Assembly (NCBI GenBank): GCA_963762565.1
Contig: CAVXLD010000001.1
Location: forward strand, 608,001 to 672,000
Direction: 5' to 3'
DNA: 64,000 nt
Source of the DNA: an uncultured Verrucomicrobiae bacterium
GTDB lineage: Bacteria; Verrucomicrobiota; Verrucomicrobiia; Chthoniobacterales; JAFAMB01
The notes beneath the pieces were generated by a model. That model saw only the letters and a list, made by a program, of their open reading frames with translations, searched no databases and was not told the origin of the DNA. The translations under genes were made by a program, and so were the position numbers. Shown one piece after another: positions 60,709 through 64,000 of the stretch (within the stretch, counting starts at the first letter, position 1; every line of letters begins with the position of its first letter).

Positions 60709-61398
60709 CTACCGCCGCCGTTCCCCGAAAATAGCGGTACCCACCCGAACCATGGTCGCTCCTTCTTCGATTGCGACCCGGAAATCGTTGCTCATCCCCA
60801 TCGAAAGTTCTGGTAACGGAAAACGGCATTCGCTGGCCAGCTTATCGCGAAGCTCGCGAAGGGCGACGAAGTAACGACGCGAATGCTCGGCGGCCGGGGC
60901 CAGCGGCGGAATCGTCATCAGACCATCAATCTGGACCCGATCAAATTTCACAATCTCTTCGACGGCCTCCAACAATTTGCCAGGGGCAAAACCGAATTTC
61001 GACGCTTCCCCGGCAACATTCACCTGTAGCAAGACCCGAGGAAAAAGTCCGAGGTCTCCGGCGACTCGATCGATATGCGCCAAAAGATCGAGGGAATCCA
61101 CACCATGGATCAACTCGAACAATGTAAGCGCCAGACGAACCTTATTGCTTTGCAGATGGCCGATCAGATGCCAATGCAGTTTGGCCGGTAGAGCCGTAAT
61201 CTTTGCTTGAGCCTCTTGAACGCGGTTCTCGCCAAATATTAATTGGCCGGCATCCACGGCTTCCTGGATTACTTCGACTGGATGCGTCTTGCTAACAGCA
61301 ATCAGACGGACAGATTCGGGCGAACGACCTGCCTGGCGGGCGGAGTCGCTAATCGTCGAAAGCACCTGGGTGAGGTTTTCGCTAGTCGCAGCCTGCAT
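60709..61398 (-). CDS. yggS: PLP homeostasis protein
   Basis: LIAVSKT, FGENRVQE, WHLIGHLQSNK, GLMTIPP, LSMGMSND and VRVGTAIFG motifs. Confidence 0.96.
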   Translation of the reverse strand: MQAATSENLTQVLSTISDSARQAGRSPESVRLIAVSKTHPVEVIQEAVDAGQLIFGENRVQEAQAKITALPAKLHWHLIGHLQSNKVRLALTLFELIHGVDSLDLLAHIDRVAGDLGLFPRVLLQVNVAGEASKFGFAPGKLLEAVEEIVKFDRVQIDGLMTIPPLAPAAEHSRRYFVALRELRDKLASECRFPLPELSMGMSNDFRVAIEEGATMVRVGTAIFGERRR

Positions 61399-61614
61399 GG
61401 TTCACAAATGCGCCCGCATTTGGGAACCATGCAGGCTATTGGCCGTCAGGCGGGCGCTACGCGCCAGCCTAACGGCCTGATGTAAGAGAAGGTACCCAAG
61501 CATACTATTTACAAACGCAAGTCAAAGAGCAGAATTATTCGGCGTGAGCCGGATAATTCTGCCCTAGCCTGGATCGTTCACAAATCCTTACAGATTTGTG
61601 AACGATCCAGGCTA

Positions 61615-62499
61615 ATGCAAATCGAAACCTTTAAAATCTTCCGCGATTTAGTGGAAACCGCGAGCTTTTCAAAGGCAGCCGAGCTGAACGCGATAAGCCA
61701 AAGCGCCGTTAGCCAGCAAATCCGGGCATTAGAAAAAAGGTTCAAGACCGCATTGATCCGGCGACGGAAAAAGAACTTTTCCATTACCCCGGAAGGAAAA
61801 GCTCTGCTTCAGGCGAGCCAAGAAATCCTACGGACGTACGAGACCCTGGGCGACCGTTTAGAGGAGCTGAAGAACCACGTTTCTGGCAACCTGATCATTG
61901 CGACCGTGCACAGTATCGGACTGCACGAATTGCCGCGGAGCTTGAAGTTTTTCCGGCGGAGTTATCCCTCCGTCGACGTTGCGGTCGAGTACCTTCGATC
62001 AGCCCAAGTGTACCAGAGCGTGGCTGCGGGAAACAGCGATGTGGGTCTGGTGGCCTATCCCGCCAGGCACCGCGGAGTAACCGTCGAGAGCCATTGGAAA
62101 GATAAGCTGGTTCTCATTTGTCCCCCAAACCACCGCTTGGCTAAACGCCAGAGCATCGAGATCGCTGCTCTTTCCGGCGAACACTTCATTTCATTCGCGT
62201 TCGATCAACCGACGAGAAAAGCCATCGATCGGATTTTCCGGGTTAACAATGTTACGATTCGGCGCTCGATGGAGTTCGACAATATCGAGACGGTTAAGCG
62301 AGCCGTCGAGATCGAGAACGGGATTGCCATTGTTCCGCTGGCCTCGGTCGACGAAGAGACCGAAAACGGTAGTCTGTGCGCGGTTGAGATCGAGTCACTT
62401 GATATGTGGCGTCCCATCGGGCTAGTTCAACGCCGAGGCGAACCAAGCGCAGCAGTCCGGGCTTTTGTCGGGTTGTTGCGGAAGAGGGACGTGTTGTAG
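61615..62499 (+). CDS. LysR family transcriptional regulator (CysL-like)
   Basis: SFSKAA...ISQSAVSQQIRALE HTH and substrate-binding domain with FDNIETVKRAVE. Confidence 0.93.
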   Translation: MQIETFKIFRDLVETASFSKAAELNAISQSAVSQQIRALEKRFKTALIRRRKKNFSITPEGKALLQASQEILRTYETLGDRLEELKNHVSGNLIIATVHSIGLHELPRSLKFFRRSYPSVDVAVEYLRSAQVYQSVAAGNSDVGLVAYPARHRGVTVESHWKDKLVLICPPNHRLAKRQSIEIAALSGEHFISFAFDQPTRKAIDRIFRVNNVTIRRSMEFDNIETVKRAVEIENGIAIVPLASVDEETENGSLCAVEIESLDMWRPIGLVQRRGEPSAAVRAFVGLLRKRDVL

Positions 62500-62677
62500 G
62501 AGCGAATGGGTGATGGGAGGGATCGCGTCCCCGCGATCCGTTGTTCGCAGAGTCGAGGGTCTTTGGGGGCGAGGAGTCAAAGGTGCCTGTAGGTCTGGAA
62601 CGTCGTTGCGGCGCGCGAGGACGCGTGCCCTCCCACGATTCGCCCCTTCGCCGGCGCGCCCATTCGCCGTTTCGCCT

Positions 62678-64000
62678 TCAATTCTCGCTCTCTAGGCTTG
62701 TAAAACCGACGGCGCCGGCGACTGCTAGCAGACTGACTTCATACGCGGTCAGAGATCCGGTCGATTCATCCAAAAAGCCATCCGATAGCTCGCGCCGGGT
62801 CAGCATAATCGGAGAGAGATGACTGCTGATCTCCTGGGCCTCTGGAAGCATCGTCGGATCCAGGTACCGATCGAGATCCGGCACCAGCGCATAGCCAAAC
62901 GCAAGCACTGGGCGAAGCATCGAGTATCCGCGATCAAAAAGCGTCGGTGTGTCCACGTACAAACGGAGACCCGAGATCTCCTGACTTGCGTCATTTTGAC
63001 CGGGGTTTTCAAGAAATGGTAGACCCACTTTCTGATCACGGATGGCCTTTACTGCTCCCGTGAAAGCCGCGGCACTTGTGGTGGCAATCAAATCCTGCCC
63101 CAGCACGCCCAGGACCAATTCCGTGCCCTCCTGGTTTCGAAAAGCGTACACCGAAAGCCCCTCCAAGGTCTGCTCCCGGTAACGATTGGGAAACTCCGCT
63201 TTCAGAATCATTTTCAGGAACTCATTCGCCCGAGCTCCATCTTTGGTTTCCACTAAGAAAGCCCCGCCGATCGCTTCTTCTGGACCGACCCGATTGAGCA
63301 CGAGCTCCACCCCTTTGACCAGATCGTTGAGCTCTGCAAGATCAACACCGGTTCGATTGACTTCCTCGAAATACTGTTTGGCCGTCTCCGCGATGCCAGA
63401 TTCTTTGGAAAGTGCATCCACAGCATCTCGGAGCCGCAGTATGTCCAAGCTCGTCGCTATATACAAAAGCGTTTTCTTGGTCGTTAGGAACAAGCCGGTG
63501 CGATCGAGTTCGTCAGACTGAGGAGTCTGCGAACAGTAGGCAAACACTGTGTCATGGATGTTAGAGCCATCGAGTTTGGCAGTAAAGATCAGGGCAGAAA
63601 TATCCGTTCGGGGAAGAAACGGCTTTAAGCCTTGTTCCATGAACTTCAGCCCATCCCCGGTCGCGAAACCGTAAAAGTCCGCGTCTTCAGATATTCGATT
63701 TCGGCACTTGAGAAAAAGCTCCGAGGTATCAAGTCCACTGTTTACCGCATTGGTTCGACGAAGGGCGTCCTGGAGATAGACTGGCTTTGGACTGAATAAA
63801 AGCCAGGAACCAGTTCTCACTCCATAGAGCATGCCCTTAGCTGGTTGCGTCTGAGTGAATTGATTTTGGTCGGACTCGGCGAGCGCCCTAAATTTGGAAC
63901 CAAATAATGTCGCTAGAGGAGCGGCCAGCTGGTTTTCCCAACTCCTTAGATCGCCGGAACAATGGACGCCGCAAATCCATTCGTCCCGCTGGAGGGTGTA
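62678..64000 (-). CDS. hypothetical protein, 5' end probably outside window
   Basis: Long open frame (at least 384 aa) with a C-terminal hydrophobic tail; no motif recognised. Confidence 0.6.
   Translation of the reverse strand, partial: YTLQRDEWICGVHCSGDLRSWENQLAAPLATLFGSKFRALAESDQNQFTQTQPAKGMLYGVRTGSWLLFSPKPVYLQDALRRTNAVNSGLDTSELFLKCRNRISEDADFYGFATGDGLKFMEQGLKPFLPRTDISALIFTAKLDGSNIHDTVFAYCSQTPQSDELDRTGLFLTTKKTLLYIATSLDILRLRDAVDALSKESGIAETAKQYFEEVNRTGVDLAELNDLVKGVELVLNRVGPEEAIGGAFLVETKDGARANEFLKMILKAEFPNRYREQTLEGLSVYAFRNQEGTELVLGVLGQDLIATTSAAAFTGAVKAIRDQKVGLPFLENPGQNDASQEISGLRLYVDTPTLFDRGYSMLRPVLAFGYALVPDLDRYLDPTMLPEAQEISSHLSPIMLTRRELSDGFLDESTGSLTAYEVSLLAVAGAVGFTSLESEN

Noticed and set aside
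60319..60874. Overlapping ORFs of 90-165 aa
   Set aside because: They translate REP and heptamer repeats (ITNHQSP) and overlap yggS antisense.

Overview
GC-rich bacterial chromosomal segment. Gene content and style suggest a soil Verrucomicrobiota/Chthoniobacterales-like genome (inference only). Several genes are broken by single-base indels, probably long-read errors. In order, the window holds: (1) an LmbE-like deacetylase, small membrane peptide, Na+/solute symporter and a bacillithiol-type cluster (half-size BshC-like protein, bshB1, bshA); (2) a DUF433/PIN toxin-antitoxin pair, an ATP-grasp ligase, an orphan ADOP/MacB-like permease and a sugar ABC operon; (3) a TIR-kinase-pseudokinase membrane protein and a vapBC pair; (4) five tandem orphan ADOP permeases headed by a sigma54 promoter and a collapsed sixth copy; (5) an MFS / fused Rieske oxygenase-reductase / aldehyde dehydrogenase operon; (6) a TIR-TM-heme c sensor protein; (7) two Glu-type subtilases; (8) housekeeping genes (purD, hemW, yggS, LysR, squalene/phytoene synthase). 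The most striking non-gene signal is a set of ~30-bp inverted arms, each built of three 9-nt units. They bracket both GxxExxY nuclease genes, each gene with its own arm sequence, and also occur as gene-less, often nested hairpins elsewhere. This resembles RAYT/REP(IN) organisation but with a PD-(D/E)XK-type nuclease. No rRNA, tRNA, CRISPR array or classical transposase was recognised.
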